From Girardia tigrina (Eukaryota), in assembly GCA_001938485.1 (NCBI GenBank), contig MQRK01253414.1, positions 1 through 60,326 on the forward strand: a stretch of 60,326 bases of DNA, written 5' to 3'. This document shows positions 25,006 to 39,168 of the stretch, one piece after another. Under the pieces are notes generated by a model, which was given only the letters and a program-made list of their open reading frames with translations, did no database searches and was not told the DNA's origin. Position numbers and translations under genes: made by a program. The number at the start of each line of letters is the position of its first letter. The first letter of the stretch is position 1.

Positions 25006-27289
25006 TTATAATTTATAAAATGATCTTTTTCAATTAATATTGTTCATGAACTCCGATTTTCACAATTCTGAGACCTTAAAATGTTTTTTTAATCAATTTT
25101 TCACATTATCATTTATTGTCATCAAAAATTAGTAAGTGTGCAAAGTTTGGAGAAAATTGATTGAGTAAAAGGCCTTCAAAAATATGTTTTTAAATTCCAT
25201 GGATACATAGAAAGTAAGCTAATATAAAGAATGAAAAAATGATAGAAACTTTGATATAAAGGTTTAAAAATAAATTAATTACTAATTTGTTTTCTAATAA
25301 ATTGTTTTATTGATTGGATTGAGAATCAAAATATACAAATGCGCTTGATGTTGTATAATACTAACTCAGATTTATCTTTAATAAAAAAACTTCAAATAAA
25401 AATTAGTTGTTTTTAGAAAAAAATCAGTTGATATGAAAGGAGATATTTTTTCTTTTCAATTAATCTCCCTACTCTAATTATAGGATTAGAGAATTGTACA
25501 ATCAAAGATAATTAAAAAAAATAACTAAATTTTCGTTGATAAAACTTTTGTTTAATCGAAAATTGTTTTACATACATTCTGTATTTTTTTATTTTTAAAA
25601 ATTGTTTTTAGTTATTATGTATTTTAATTCATAAAAAAAACTTTTCAAAATGTAAATTGAAACATTTTGAAGAAAGAAATTTGTATTTTAATAAACTTTA
25701 TGGTGGTTCATCCGTGCAAAATCTGCAGGCATCAAAAATCTTACCCGGACTACTCTTAGACTACTAATCCGGGATATGAGATTAATGTTAAACAAAAGAA
25801 AGGTTAAATAAAATATCACATCTACTATGGCAAGGGTTTATCATCAAATAATAAATATAATAAAATTAAAGAATGAATTATTTATATTCATTATTTATAT
25901 TCAATTGTCGTTAATTTAATTACCGTGATGATTTTAATTCATATATACGTATATTATAGTAAAAGTAAATTTAGTAGTAATATAGTTTATGTACCAAATT
26001 CACCTCTAATATAATACTAAAATTAAAAAAATATGTGAAAGTCAATAAAACTGTATTAACTAATAATGGTATTAACTTGATGGTAAGTGACTCAAAGTTT
26101 GTTGTTGGTACGAAGTGAATAGTAATAACGTCGTTTAGCGAGGATTCGTAAAGTTGATTACTGGAGGATATTATTTGTTTTTGACAATAATAATTTTGGC
26201 GATATACGGTAGTAGATCATTGTATAGCTTTTGATTAACAATAATTTGTAATGATTAATTTAGTACAATAACAGTAGGTTCCTATTTCTTGATTAGTCGA
26301 GTAAAACACAGGAATTGTCCGTTATTCAAATTGTTAGTCGTCAGGTAAGTCTTATTAATCTTTTTTTTAATTTTTAATTTAAATTTAATAATGAACAATA
26401 TCGATTATGAAATTTAACCTATAATATCTTAATATGATAAATATTTATTTTTATTTACGTGCGGTTGGTCTAGTTTAACTACTTGGATGTGGCAGCTTAA
26501 AGCATTGCTCCCCATGTGGTACTGGCCCAGAATAACTGGATGATATCGCAATATATTACAATATATTTAACATTGTATGAATTTTTTAAATACCGGCTTG
26601 CTTCGAAGTAACCTTGCCCAAAATAATCTGAAATAATGGTTAGAATAATTGACACTAACCAATTTTATTATGACTTATAATAAAATGTGCATTATTTTTT
26701 AATAAATAAGCATTTAATATTTTTAGAGTTAAAAATTTTAAACTGTCTTTAATTTTAATAAAAGATCATTAAACATTTCTAGTGAGAGTTAAAAAAATAA
26801 GTAAACATTATTTTAATTGAAATAATTTTAATAAATTGTATAATAATTATATAACAGATAAGGATATTAATTAACTTAATTTTGAGCATTAATTTTTAAT
26901 AAATGAGCATTATATGAAACGATTTATATTTGTAATCGAATAAATCTGTAAGGGTTATTGTTAATTTTTTAATTTTCGAAAATAGTTATTTTGCTTTTTT
27001 AAACTTTCGAATTATAAACGAAATTAAAAAAAATATTGGAAAATAAAATTAAAAAAGGAAAATAAAAAAATAAAAATTTGCTTAAATAACAAATTTAACC
27101 TTTGGTAGTTTTAATAATTCACAACTTAACAAGAACAATTGATCAAAAATTTAAATAATAAAATAAATCAAGATAAAGATAAAAAAATTAGAAATTAATA
27201 AACAATGGCTCAACGAATGGCTCCATATGAAACTAAAAGTGAAACAAAATTGAAAACATACAAACTGATACAAATGTTAAGATACGTTC

Positions 27290-28100
27290 CGAGCAAATTA
27301 GAAGACAAAAAACATAACAAGTGATGGAAAAAAGATATATTACAGATACAATCAGGTTAAAAGATTCTCAAAACAATTCCCAGCAGTTGTTAATTTACTC
27401 TACCACAATAAATTTGAAGAAGTTATATTGTTTACAACAAACGAGAAACTTATGTACGAAGAACGAAGAAAAGTACCAATTCAATTATCAAAAAATGAAC
27501 ATACATTTTAAATGGCAAAATGTAAAAATTAAACCAGATTATTAGAATACTGTAAAAATGAATGATTATCAACACAGAATGGCTGGTAAGAAGGCTTACA
27601 ATTATTTACCCCAATCAAAGTAATGTAGTTGAAGCGACAAATAGAATAATCAAAGATGAATATACTTTGCCAGAACGTTTACCACTTTCAAAGTTCACCG
27701 TTGTAATTTTCTCAATAGTAAAAATGGTCAAAAGAAAGCGATAAGTGGTATGTACCGATTTTATCCTTAAGAGACTTCATAAAAAATGATGCCACTCTGC
27801 CGTGTGTCTCTCAATAATTGATATCGTAAAATATAAAGTCACAAAGGTTCTTTATTCATTATTGAATCTCTTGATTTCCAATAAATTGGAGATCAGGGAT
27901 AGCTTTGAATGCAAAGATTTAAAATGTAATTTATTTAATTTTTTAGCCTTCTAAGCAAGGCGATTCTGAATGTATGGTCTCATTTGATGTATCCAGTCCA
28001 GAGATTTAAATAAATGTGATATAATATAATAAATATGTACAAATATATATCTCGCAAACGGATGAAAGGAAGACGACGCGTTTAGAGATAACAATCTCAT
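27290..28100 (+). pseudogene. highly decayed MULE-type transposase remnant
   Basis: Fragments NE*LSTQNGW*EG and SNVVEATNRIIKDEYTLPERLPLSKF resemble the WYEG / TNN.LEA.N..IK...TLRERL segments of MULE transposases. Boundaries approximate. Confidence 0.55.
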
Positions 28101-29026
28101 CAGCAAATCAATCCACTGCATTTATTAAACTAACACATTATACAACTAATAATTAAAAATACTTTATCAGTAAATCTTTGGATTAAAATAAAGTTATTTC
28201 ATTATTTTAAAAATTAAGCAAAAATACACTAAACGCGATCAATTTCACGATCTATCAATTGCCGCTTGAGAAAACGATATGTTTACTTCAAACAATATTT
28301 CTATGATTTAAAATGCTCACAGACTTTAATCATTCGACTTGGTTGTGTATATACGAAAACTGAGATGTCGACGTGTCTCTCTGATTTACGATTTGTTTAC
28401 ATCCGTGATATAAAACATTTAAAACAATATTAGCTCGAAGACTCAAATCAGTTTTCAATTTTAACAAGAAAAATCTTTCTACCTTCAATTGACAGGCACA
28501 ACTTTTATATCCTTGTTAAAGTAATTATACAGTCATTTTAAATTTTGAAAATGTCATAATATGGCACTTTCACAATTGTTTTGAAACTCTCCTCCAATTT
28601 ATCATCTTGATCTTTAACTTTTTAAATTCATCCTATTCATTGTCTGCTTCAACTGTTTATCAAAAACAATATCAGATTACATATTCTTCTTTACTCTTCC
28701 TTATTTACCTTTATTATCTTTATTTCGGGCAAAAGTTACATCTAAATCACATTAACATTTATTTTTAATTCATCTATATGATCTTTTTATGACAAATAAA
28801 TATTCATTTGCATTAATTGAGTGACGAAAGACTAAAATATGAAACTTTTAATAACAACGCTACAATACATTAATTTATGTTTTAAAATTATTACTCATAT
28901 TTCTATAGATTATTAACAATAAAAACTCTAAATTACTATATCAACTTATTTAATCAGTATATAAATAAATTATTAAATTATTAGACACAGGCACACAAAC
29001 AGACAGACCCACACACATATACAAAA

Positions 29027-29060
<34 letters not shown>
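29027..29060. repeat. compound (CA)n(TA)n microsatellite
   Basis: Visible directly in the sequence. Confidence 0.9.
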
Positions 29061-29061
<1 letters not shown>

Positions 29062-29454
29062 AACTACTAAGAATATAATTGATTATTTAAATTAAATATA
29101 TTTTTAAAAATTTATTTTAATTATATATTTTAATATATATATGTTAACTTTTAGAATGATTAGATTTGAAAAATATTTTTTAATAATATTATTTTACTAA
29201 ATTCATGTACAAGGATTGACTAGAATTATATCAAACATCAGACCATGTGAGAAAATGTTACAAATTTCGTAAAAATTATAATAATAAATAAATTATTAAA
29301 AGAAGTTTGATAATATGTTTAAAGTGAAGGGTAAACAATTGAAAAATAAAAAAAATATAAATGTTAAAAAATGTTTTAAAACAAATAGTTAAATTATAAT
29401 AACTAATTTATGTGAATCTTATAATATATAATATTTTAAACATTCAAATCTTAC

Positions 29455-29488
29455 TTCTTCAGTATACTTCCTTAATTCATTCCAAAAC
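29455..29488 (-). CDS. candidate first coding micro-exon of the PDE7-like gene
   Basis: TTTCAAG| ... |GTAAGA, 34 nt, only open frame is G-TTT-TGG... = (M)FWNELRKYTEE. It ends in phase 0, matching exon 20877-20952. Confidence 0.35.
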
Positions 29489-29926
29489 CTTGAAATTATA
29501 AACAATATTATATGTAAATAACAATATTATTTTTTACATGAGAACGAATTAATGATCTCACTGTATTTCTTGTGGAGAATAATTCCTATGAAATATGTTT
29601 GTTTGGAATAATTACAAGGATCTGGAACATATTAAGAACGTATAATGACGTAATATTGCAGACATGAAAACATTGAATAACAGAATCAGTTGTAAAAGTT
29701 GAAAAAGGAATTATTTTATATAACAGGAAGTCGCTTTATACATTTATTTAACATATGAATTTGAAATGACATCACAATTATTAATATTAAATGATGCTTT
29801 ACTCTTAACTTCAAGCAAATGCAAGATAGTACTGTATGTGAATGTATAGACTGTGAAAAACTCAAGTTATTTTTGAAAACATTGTTTTGAAAAGATAAAT
29901 TAAACTAGTAAATCAAAAAATTAAAA

Positions 29927-30310
29927 TTTTTATATCCATTCTTTATGCAGTCAAAACTCTATTTTGTCAACAAAGTTTTTAAAATTAAAAAAAAATTTAA
30001 TTAAAAAAACACAATAAAAATTATTATAAACTACTTATAATTTATAAGTAGATATCTTGCAATTAATATTGTTCGGGAACTCCGAATTTTCCGTTTTTTT
30101 CCAATTTTGGGATCTTAAAAAGTTTCTTTCGATCAAATTTTTATATAATCATTTATTGACATCGAGAATGAGTAAGTGTGCAAAGTTTGGAGAAAATTGA
30201 TTGAGTAAAAGGCCTTCAAAAACAGGCTTCTAAATTTCATGGATATATATATATATATCATAAATATATATAAATATACATATAAAGTAAGCTAATAAAA
30301 AATGGAAAAA
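29927..30310 (+). mobile_element. Helentron/HINE-like non-autonomous repeat
   Basis: T-run start, short subterminal inverted repeat CCATTCTTTAT / ATAAAAAATGG, internal TA microsatellite, AAAGTAAGCTAATA 3' block. Homologous to 23628-25238 and to a 3'-end fragment at ~1180-1206(-). Family assignment is inferred from architecture. Confidence 0.5.
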
Positions 30311-32089
30311 ATAAAATTGTTTAGCGCAAATTACAATGGTTAAAATATATTTACGTGTTATATAAATCATTGTGAATATTTTGAATTCATATAAAAAATA
30401 GTGATCGAAAGAACTTATGAATGAGAAATAACTAGCAAAGAAAAGAATTCTAAAAGAATATAAAAAGTTAAAACAAGAAGTTTATTATCCAAAAATAATT
30501 GACCGCAAATCTGACTTTCGATACCGTCAACACAAACAAACATCTTTTGATTCGGAGAAAATATTTTTAGTTGCTAATAATTTCTGTACTAAGATTCTAT
30601 TATATTTAAAACAAATAATGGGACCCTCTGGTTTTTTAAAATATTTTTTATTAATAACAATGACTTAATAAATTTTGTAAAAGTAATAAAATACTTTATC
30701 CCGTAATGTGTTTCTATGATAATTGATATTATATAATTATGATAGAAAGCTCAAAGAAATAACTGAGACTAGGTACAAATGAGCTTCAAACTTCCAAGCA
30801 TATCGATATCCTAGAGGGAAAGAATGAAAAAAACGGAAGAGTTCAATAGAATGGTGATATTTGTTGACAAATAGTAATTAATACCTATAACATTCATTTT
30901 AAAAATTAGTGAAAACAATAACCGCTTCATTGAACTGTTAAAATTAAAACTCTATATATAATCAGAATGTATAAATACTTATTGCTTAAGCAATCGGAAG
31001 TTTCAAAATGAAACGTTAATTTATATCAGTACAAAATATATATTTTTACTACGAATTTAAATAATATTTTGATGATTAAAATTATTTTCGCCTAAACATA
31101 CAAATTTTCATTTATAATATTTTTGTGTTTTCTTTGACACTTATGAAAATATATTTTCAGTCTTCCAGTCAAACGGCATTGACAGTTGCTCCACAGACTG
31201 GCAGAATTAATCCCGTTCGTTTATGTGTGTTGTGGAGAGGAGGTATCTGGACGATCGCTCTCATTCGTGTAATTTTTCTCAGGAAAACTTCAAAATTTTG
31301 TTGAATAAAATTGTTCATTCTCCACCAACAAGATTCTTCTCAAATACAAACACAACAATTATTACATGCATTGACGAAAAAGAATTCTTTTTCTTGAATA
31401 TAAATTTTCTAACTTCATACAAACTGGTTTTGATTTACTATATCTTTAAAATAATTTACTTCAATAGTTTTAGTAAAATTGATTTGAAAGAAAAATTGAA
31501 TTCAAATTATTTTAAAATTCTAAAATTAAAAAAAATAATAGATGGTATCTATATATAGTATATATATAACTTTCACAATTAAACTAAATTACAAGCTTTC
31601 AGTTATATCTAAATAAACGCTTTTTAATTCTATTGAACAAAACATTTTGTTATTTTATCTATATTTGGAATTTCCATTTAAGCTAATTAAAAATATTTTA
31701 TTAATAAAAAATTTTGAGATAAATACAAAATCCTTTTAAGTCTTGTTAAAAATATGCAATAGTATTATTTTTATGGAATAATTTTAAATGTTATTAAAAC
31801 CCATTTATATTTATAATTTAATCATGTTTAAATTTTTTAATAAATTAATAAAATATCTTTAAGTATATAACTTTGTTAAGAAATGAAAAACTTCAAATTT
31901 CAAATAGTGTATAAACTCATCCAATTTAAGTATATTTGCAATAATAAATTTAAAATAAATATAACATAAGAGGATGCAAATAAGAAATTAATAATATTTT
32001 AATTAATATAATTTGTAAATTACTTAAAAATCAATTCAGAAACGGTATTCTCAGGCAGCTTTTTGAGAATTTTTGATTTCCGTGAATAT

Positions 32090-32240
32090 ATACAATCAAT
32101 TACACAATCATTATTTTTATATTTATATACAGGTGAATTAAATTATTAATCTGTGACCTAAAGATGACGGATGATCTATCAAATGATCTATTCTCTATAA
32201 ATATATTTTGAAATGAATAAGTTTTGTTTTTAATAAAAAA
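32090..32240 (+). mobile_element. short Penelope-like pLTR fragment with degenerate hammerhead
   Basis: TTTATATACAGGTGAATT...GTGACCTAAAGATGACGG matches the pLTR of the 24191-25005 element. Confidence 0.7.
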
Positions 32241-32451
32241 AGTTTCAACTGGATTAAAGTTTATTGTTTGTTAAAAGATTTAGGCCAGATTAAAACTTTC
32301 TTCATGAATTATCAAAGATAAAATTCCTATTTTTTAAGATGTATAGTTTATTTTACAAAGATACGAAATGTAATTGTTTAATTAATAATTTGATCAGATT
32401 TTAAATTCAAAATTTTATGAACTAACCAAAGCTCCTAACAATTGCTATTAA

Positions 32452-32533
32452 CACGTTGACGGACAGTAGAAACATATTTATATTAATTTATATATGAACT
32501 TGACGGCTATAGATGCAACTGTCCGTCAACGTG
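32452..32533. mobile_element. 82-bp piggyBac-like MITE
   Basis: Perfect 16-bp TIR CACGTTGACGGACAGT with TTAA on both sides. Second copy at 51765-51845. Confidence 0.85.
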
Positions 32534-35500
32534 TTAAAAAAGTAATTATTACGAAAACTGTTAAAATTATTTGAGTTTTTAAGATAAACATTTTGATATA
32601 TAAATATGAAATTTTGATGTCTTCGTTTGTTTCCAGGAATTATTAGGATATGCAAGAATACTTTATTTTGATTTTATTTCGTAACACTTCAAATCAGCTG
32701 TTGCCAGCTCAATATTGTGTAACAAATATTCTTTTATTTCTACTGATTTTCTAATTTCAACATTCTAATTTTAATTTTATATATTTCTCCATAAATACAA
32801 TATTTTTATTGTAAGTAACAAATAATAATGAAATATTGTTTTCGTGTCAATCACTGACAACAATTGCTTGACTAAAAGGCTTTGCATTTTTGTACTTTAA
32901 AAAATATTAAACGTTCTATTTGAGTATAATGAACGATTTAAAATACATTATGAACCTTAAATTACATTGACTAATCAATTTATAAAGTAGAGAGTATAAG
33001 CGATCAAATGTTATATATTAATTAATTGTTATTATTTACAATATACACATTTATAAACTTCTTGTAACAGAAGCTACAGGTTTGCTGCACTGTTCCTTAA
33101 GGTTGTACATTTTACACAACTTATATTTAACTTTAGTGTATTTTTGTACTGAATCTTCTATCTTATATTATTGTATTACAAACAATTGTAAAAAATTTAT
33201 ATTCTAATATGATGTTAGTTTATATTTTACATATTAAATAAATCCAAAAAAAACTAAAATTGTTAGTTACATTTCAACAACTTCTGAAACATATTTTGAT
33301 ATCAAGCATAAGATCAAAGAACACAAACAAATCGTAACAGGAAAATATAAACACTTTATGAAAATGTATAAATACGTACCAATAGTCACGCTAAACATCG
33401 TTAATCAAAAGAATAATTGTTGAATAGGAATCTCGTTAATCACAAAAGCTGTAAAAATTAAGAAATAAACAAGTTATAAATACAGAAAATGCTATAATGA
33501 TTCAAATAGGGAAGCTGCATGCATGTGAGATAAGACTGGTGCTTCAACAATTATCCCAACGTCGCCCACTCTGTCTCTGATGCACAAGTCAATAGAATTC
33601 AGATCAGACAGAATCACTAATAAATTCTAATCAAATATTCATAAATTCATTTTCATCCATTCTGTTATTTTTAAACAAATTAACATTGTTAAATTTAACG
33701 TTTAGTTGAATTAAGGAAGATCGAAAATAATTGAAATTATTTATTTTTATTCATATTTAACTTATATTATATTTTACTTATTCATGATTTTGGTCCAATT
33801 TATAAAAAGTTCATTTTTTATATGATCACCGGTGTCATAATACAACAAAAATGTAACTTGAACCTGATCCTTTTAAACTATAAAAAGTAAATCGAACTTA
33901 AAATCAAATCAGTTTAAATTTATGAAAAATTTTGTCTTATAAATTAATTAAAATACACTTTTACGACATATTATTTTGATTGCATTGCAGTTCATATTCT
34001 TCGAGTTAATAAATATTTAAAGCTCAAATTTTATGATATTCTTGAGGGATATGTTGTTTTAATATAGTTACAAAACATTTTAAACAGAGCAATCTCTCTG
34101 GGCCAAATACATTTTTTGGAAAACAATATTTTAGGCGTCTCAGTAACAGCAGATGAAGTAGGTAACGATTTATTACCATTGCAACTAGAATTGTTTTTTT
34201 CAATTCTCGATAAAGCTTTCAAGGTTACTCAGAGTTAAAATTTGTTTTATTAATTATTATCCAATATCTGAGTATTCGAAGAACGTATTTATTAATATTC
34301 AAAATTATTAAAATTCATTTTACTTTTATTTGTATTTTAATTCTTTCAAAACAGATAAAAACACAGTTTATACTTATTTTCAAATCTAGTACAATGATAA
34401 AATTCTTAATAACTCAAATTCTTCAAAAGTCTTGACAACAAGACAACACGGTTACTCTATATTTATAGAGTAAACATAAAAAAGTAATATAAAAAGCGAG
34501 TAAATCTTACTGAAAAACAAAGATGTCAAAATAAGTCTTCTGTATTTAAAATTTGTAACTAATGATAAAATATGAATCTTTATCTCCTAAAAATATCTTC
34601 ATTAATACATTTTATAGTTTTTGTTATCCCCTGTACCGACTTTGCTTTTTGTTTATGTAATTCATCACTCCAAAATTATTTAACAATTTCATATTTTTAG
34701 ATCTTAAAACTAAAGTAAAGAGACTACCAAATAGTATTTACAGTTATCTGTGAATCTCTTTTTTAGCTAAAATATGTAATGAGAAAGAAAGTATAAATAA
34801 TATGATAAATATTTTTATAATGTATAAATATAATTGATACAATTAAACTTCTAAAAACAGGCAGAGAAGAAAAAAGTATAGATCTAGCTTGACCACAATA
34901 CTAAATCTTTAATCAAAGTTTTAATCATAATTAAATGTAACTAACTAATTTTAAATTCAAATCTCTGATTTTGATGATGAAAAATACCAAATAATCGTTT
35001 GAATGGGAGTCGAGTAACCACAAGGAGATTGAGTTGGTAAAATTTCCCTCTAGACTCGGAAGACTATTTTTATGTAAACAATTTCTGATAATGTTTCCAA
35101 CAATAAATGATGTTTTCGGAAATAAGTTGATTTAAGTTGACAGTCACTTACTCCAAACTAAAAAGATTTGGAATTTTAATTAGACCACTTGGTTTAATTG
35201 AATAATTTTATTTCTTTTTTAAATTCACAAAGTTGTCTAACGTATTGGAATTGATCTTGAACCAGAGAAAGATTTCTTGGATTAAAGTTTTGATATAAAT
35301 GTACGAATTGAATTTTTAAATTCCAAGTTGGTTTGCCGACTGAGTTTGTTTGAGTAATTTAAATGATATTAAACAAAAAGGGCTTCTGATGTTCTGGTAA
35401 ATTCTAACGGTAAGATTGCTTTTTAAAGTTTTTCAATTGATTTTTTTTGAATTTTAATTTTGGTCAAATATTTATAACTATTATAATATGTATGTATATT

Positions 35501-36473
35501 TATATCTATATCTACATAAAGCATTGCAACTACGTCATTTTTAATAATAATATTTTATATGTGAATATTTTTGCAGTAAAAAAAATATGCATCAAAAATA
35601 AACAAAAATAGTGGAAATTCGCATATTGATTCATGTTTTCATTAGTTAGAAAAACGTATTTCCATTACAACATTTTTTAAAATATATTTTTCGAAAAACT
35701 TTACAATTTTCAGTGTAACACATAAAGAAAAGAAAGGTTAAATAAAATTAAAGTATGGGAAAATTACGTTTTAAAATTAGAAGAAAATATTTTCAAATAA
35801 TTAAATCATTTTTTAGATATTTTAGATATTAATATTTATTATTAAAATCTAATAATTGTGCTAATTAAAAGAAAAATAATTTCGAAAAATTTCGATGTGA
35901 TTGGAACAGTGTAGTGAACCAGTACAATCTCACTGTGAAACAAATGATTCTAATTCAATAATATGATCTCACTACAATAACAACAAAACATGTCAAATTA
36001 AAAATTAAAGAAAACAAACGAAAATTATGCGAAGTGCAAATTACAATAATTGACCTAAAGCTTTAAACATGGGGAAAAATGAGGAGTACTTTAAAACATC
36101 AATGGATAATAAGATATCAAGTGATGGAGTATCTAACTATGTTGTGTTCACATATTTTATTAACACTGACTTACTTCACCCATTGTAAGACTGTGATATT
36201 CTAGATAAGATAGATAGCAGTCTCCCTATCATATGGATGGTATTTCCTTTTTAAATTAAGTAAATATAAAATATAAATATCTTCATCTATGTTTACAACA
36301 ATGGCATCAAATTGGAAAAAAATAATTAATTTTAGAATAAAAAAGCATTTCATTGCACAAAACTTTGAAATACTTGTACAGGTTTTACCAAAATAAGTAA
36401 TTTTGCTTGTTGACGTAACCTTGAAGATAAACATGAGGTTCATTTTTATACATTACGTTATTAATATTTATTT

Positions 36474-37300
36474 GGGGCATTATAAAAAAAAAGAATTTTT
36501 TATATTTAATTATAAAGCATAGAAATTTTTTTGCTTAAATTTATTGATGTAAAAATAAAACAGAATTAATATTATAACAGAATATTACAGGACTAGGTCT
36601 TAGTAATAAATTTAATACTATTTAAGACTCTAAAACGTTTTACAGGTAAAAATTTATTTGACATGTGTTTTTTAGAAACAATTAAAAAATCTAAACAATA
36701 TACTCAAAATGATGATTTATTTTAATGCAAAATTAACAATTTTATTATAAAATGCAAAAACATAAATTTTTAAGAGTAATGAAAATATAAAGATTTTTAA
36801 AAATACTCAAAAATAAATTACCTTAAATCGGAAAAAATTAAAAAAAAAACAATATTGCAATATGCCAACTCTATTCTGTTGAAAAGTCAAGCAATGATAT
36901 ATTTTTAGTTAATCGCCTGTATATTACAGATTTTAATTTGAAGACATGTTCTTGTAAAAGAATATTTGAGTTTGGCATTCTATGCAGCGATTTATGCGCT
37001 GTGATTCTATTTTTAAGACAAGATCTGATGATTTTCACTGAAGAATTCTTTATAGGAAGTAACTATTCAAGATCTTATGCAGAGTCAATAGTTCCACTAT
37101 CATCGCATTGTTTAATCAAAGTCGGTGTTTTATCTTCCTTATCTAGAAGAGATAGATGAAGACCAAGAATAGCTAGATTCAGATTATATTTAATTCTGTT
37201 TTATATTTAAATGAATAAAAATTCTATGCTTTATATTTAAGTAAAAAAAAATCAATACTTTATAATTAAATATAAAAAATTCTATTTTTTATATTTTCCC
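36474..37300 (+). mobile_element. non-autonomous Mutator (MULE) element retaining a SWIM zinc-finger fragment
   Basis: 9-bp TSD TATTTATTT (36465-36473 and 37301-37309), GGG...CCC termini with ~50-bp TIRs. Internal LKTCSCKRIFEFGILCSDLCAVI...YSRSYAESIVP is a decayed SWIM and post-SWIM segment. Confidence 0.8.
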
Positions 37301-37764
37301 TATTTATTTTCCCGCATTTTTTTCATGGTAATCATCTTGTTTACGAATCCCCATTACTTACTAATAAATACCAACTTCAATATTCATTATTCTTTATAGC
37401 TATGATCTCCTCATGTCGAAGATTTTCTAATATTTTTTTCACTTGATCCAAGGTATTCTTGAAATGTTTACAATAATTTTACAAAAATTAGATTCCAAAT
37501 TTTATATAAAAATGCTCGTCTTGACGAGCTAATTACCATTCAGTACTCTGTGTACCAATTGGGTCACCCTATATATTAAACTAAATCTAACCAAATAAAG
37601 ATCTAGTATAATTATGACAAACACTTTGGTAAGTTTCTATTTTCTCCCTTTTACGAAAAAAAATTTCAAATTATTGTCACTCACATTATCTTTATGCTCA
37701 ATTTAAATTTTATAAATTACCGAAATTCTATTCTAATATTAAGACCGCAGATATTGTTTTATCT

Positions 37765-37890
37765 TCAAATGCTGATAATTAAGGGAAACATATATCACCT
37801 CCTTTATAAATTTAAAAATTCATAATTTCAAATGCTGATAATTAAGGGAAACATATATCACCTCCTTTATAAATTTAAAAATTCGTAATT
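37765..37890. repeat. tandem duplication of a ~63-bp unit (2 copies)
   Basis: TCAAATGCTGATAATTAAGGGAAACATATATCACCTCCTTTATAAATTTAAAAATTC(A/G)TAATT occurs twice in tandem. Confidence 0.9.
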
Positions 37891-38228
37891 GTAGACTTAT
37901 TGCTAGTAAAAATATTAGTCTATTAAATGGTTATTTAAAGCATTAAATTTCAGTTCTATATAAACATCTTACATCACAGTTTATCAAGATCTGAATATTG
38001 GAATTGTAATATTTGTGTTACTGTCGTTTGCAAAATACAGCTGTAAATCGTTACAGTATTGTTAATAGAATATTATTTCAATTTTGTAGCATCGTGTACC
38101 ATGTATAGTGCACGACATAGAAGTACGAAGATTAATTGCTACAAACAGTTGTTGTCGTACAAATTCCTTCTGCTATGTGTTTCACCTTTTTTGTTGTTAT
38201 GGTTCATATATATTATATCTATTATATT

Positions 38229-38232
<4 letters not shown>

Positions 38233-38266
<34 letters not shown>

Positions 38267-38316
38267 NNNNNNNNNNNNNNNNNNNNNNNNNNNNNNNNNN
38301 NNNNNNNNNNNNNNNN

Positions 38317-38354
<38 letters not shown>
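38233..38354. repeat. (TA)n microsatellite spanning a gap
   Basis: TA runs on both sides of a 50-N gap; a similar structure is at 39010-39164. Confidence 0.9.
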
Positions 38355-38358
<4 letters not shown>

Positions 38359-38399
38359 CAGCAATATTTGAAAATTTTGAGGAGTATTAGTAGAACGAT

Positions 38400-38972
38400 A
38401 AGTAGTGCCAAAGTAGTGTCTGTCACATCCAAAGTTCAAAGTTTCCTCTCAAACAAATCGAAAACAGTTTGTGATTTGCAAGCTAATCTGGTATATATAT
38501 TTAATTGAAACGGGTGTCAAAACTCGTACATCGGAGAGACAAATCGTCATCTCAAAACCCGGATTAGCGAGCACTCGCAAATGAGTCGATCGAGTAAGGT
38601 TCTTGATCATTGGTTATGTTGTAAGGATAGAACCTCATCCATTTCAAAAGATGAGTTTTCTGTTCTACAAAAGGAATTCGATTCACAATACGAACGGCAG
38701 TTTTGTAAATCTCTACTAATGAAACACTTCAATCCATCAATTATCATGTAGAATTGGCAAAGTAAAGTTATTTCAATACTTAAAATTTTTAATTAAAATA
38801 TTTTTAGCCATTATTACCCAATAATAATTTAAAAATTATAATAGTCATGATTATTTTTACCGATTAAAATTAATAAAATTTTAAAATCATATTATTTAAA
38901 TAAAACAATTGAAATATTAAATTTTCAAATTATGTTGATGATGATGTATTTAACATCAAAACATGTCCAATA
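38400..38972 (+). mobile_element. Penelope-like fragment of a second family (GIY-YIG) with decayed hammerhead
   Basis: NLVYIFN*NGCQNSYIGETNRHLKTRISEH...KHFNPSI. At ~38935-38972 TTGATGA-T-GATGT-ATTTA-ACATC-AAAA-CATG-TC-CAATA keeps hammerhead geometry with two core changes. Confidence 0.75.
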
Positions 38973-39006
38973 ATTATATAAAAAAAGCTTTAATCAAATT
39001 ATATTT

Positions 39007-39077
<71 letters not shown>

Positions 39078-39127
39078 NNNNNNNNNNNNNNNNNNNNNNN
39101 NNNNNNNNNNNNNNNNNNNNNNNNNNN

Positions 39128-39168
<41 letters not shown>

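Larger units (their letters stand above)
23628..25238 (+). mobile_element. Helentron/HINE-like non-autonomous repeat interrupted by a Penelope-like insertion
   Basis: The 5' end TTTTATATCCATTCTTTATG and the 3' portion 25030-25238 match the uninterrupted copy at 29927-30310. Confidence 0.5.

Noticed and set aside
25690-25770. Possible Helitron 3' hairpin end
   Set aside because: The hairpin is weak and there is no clear CTRR terminus.
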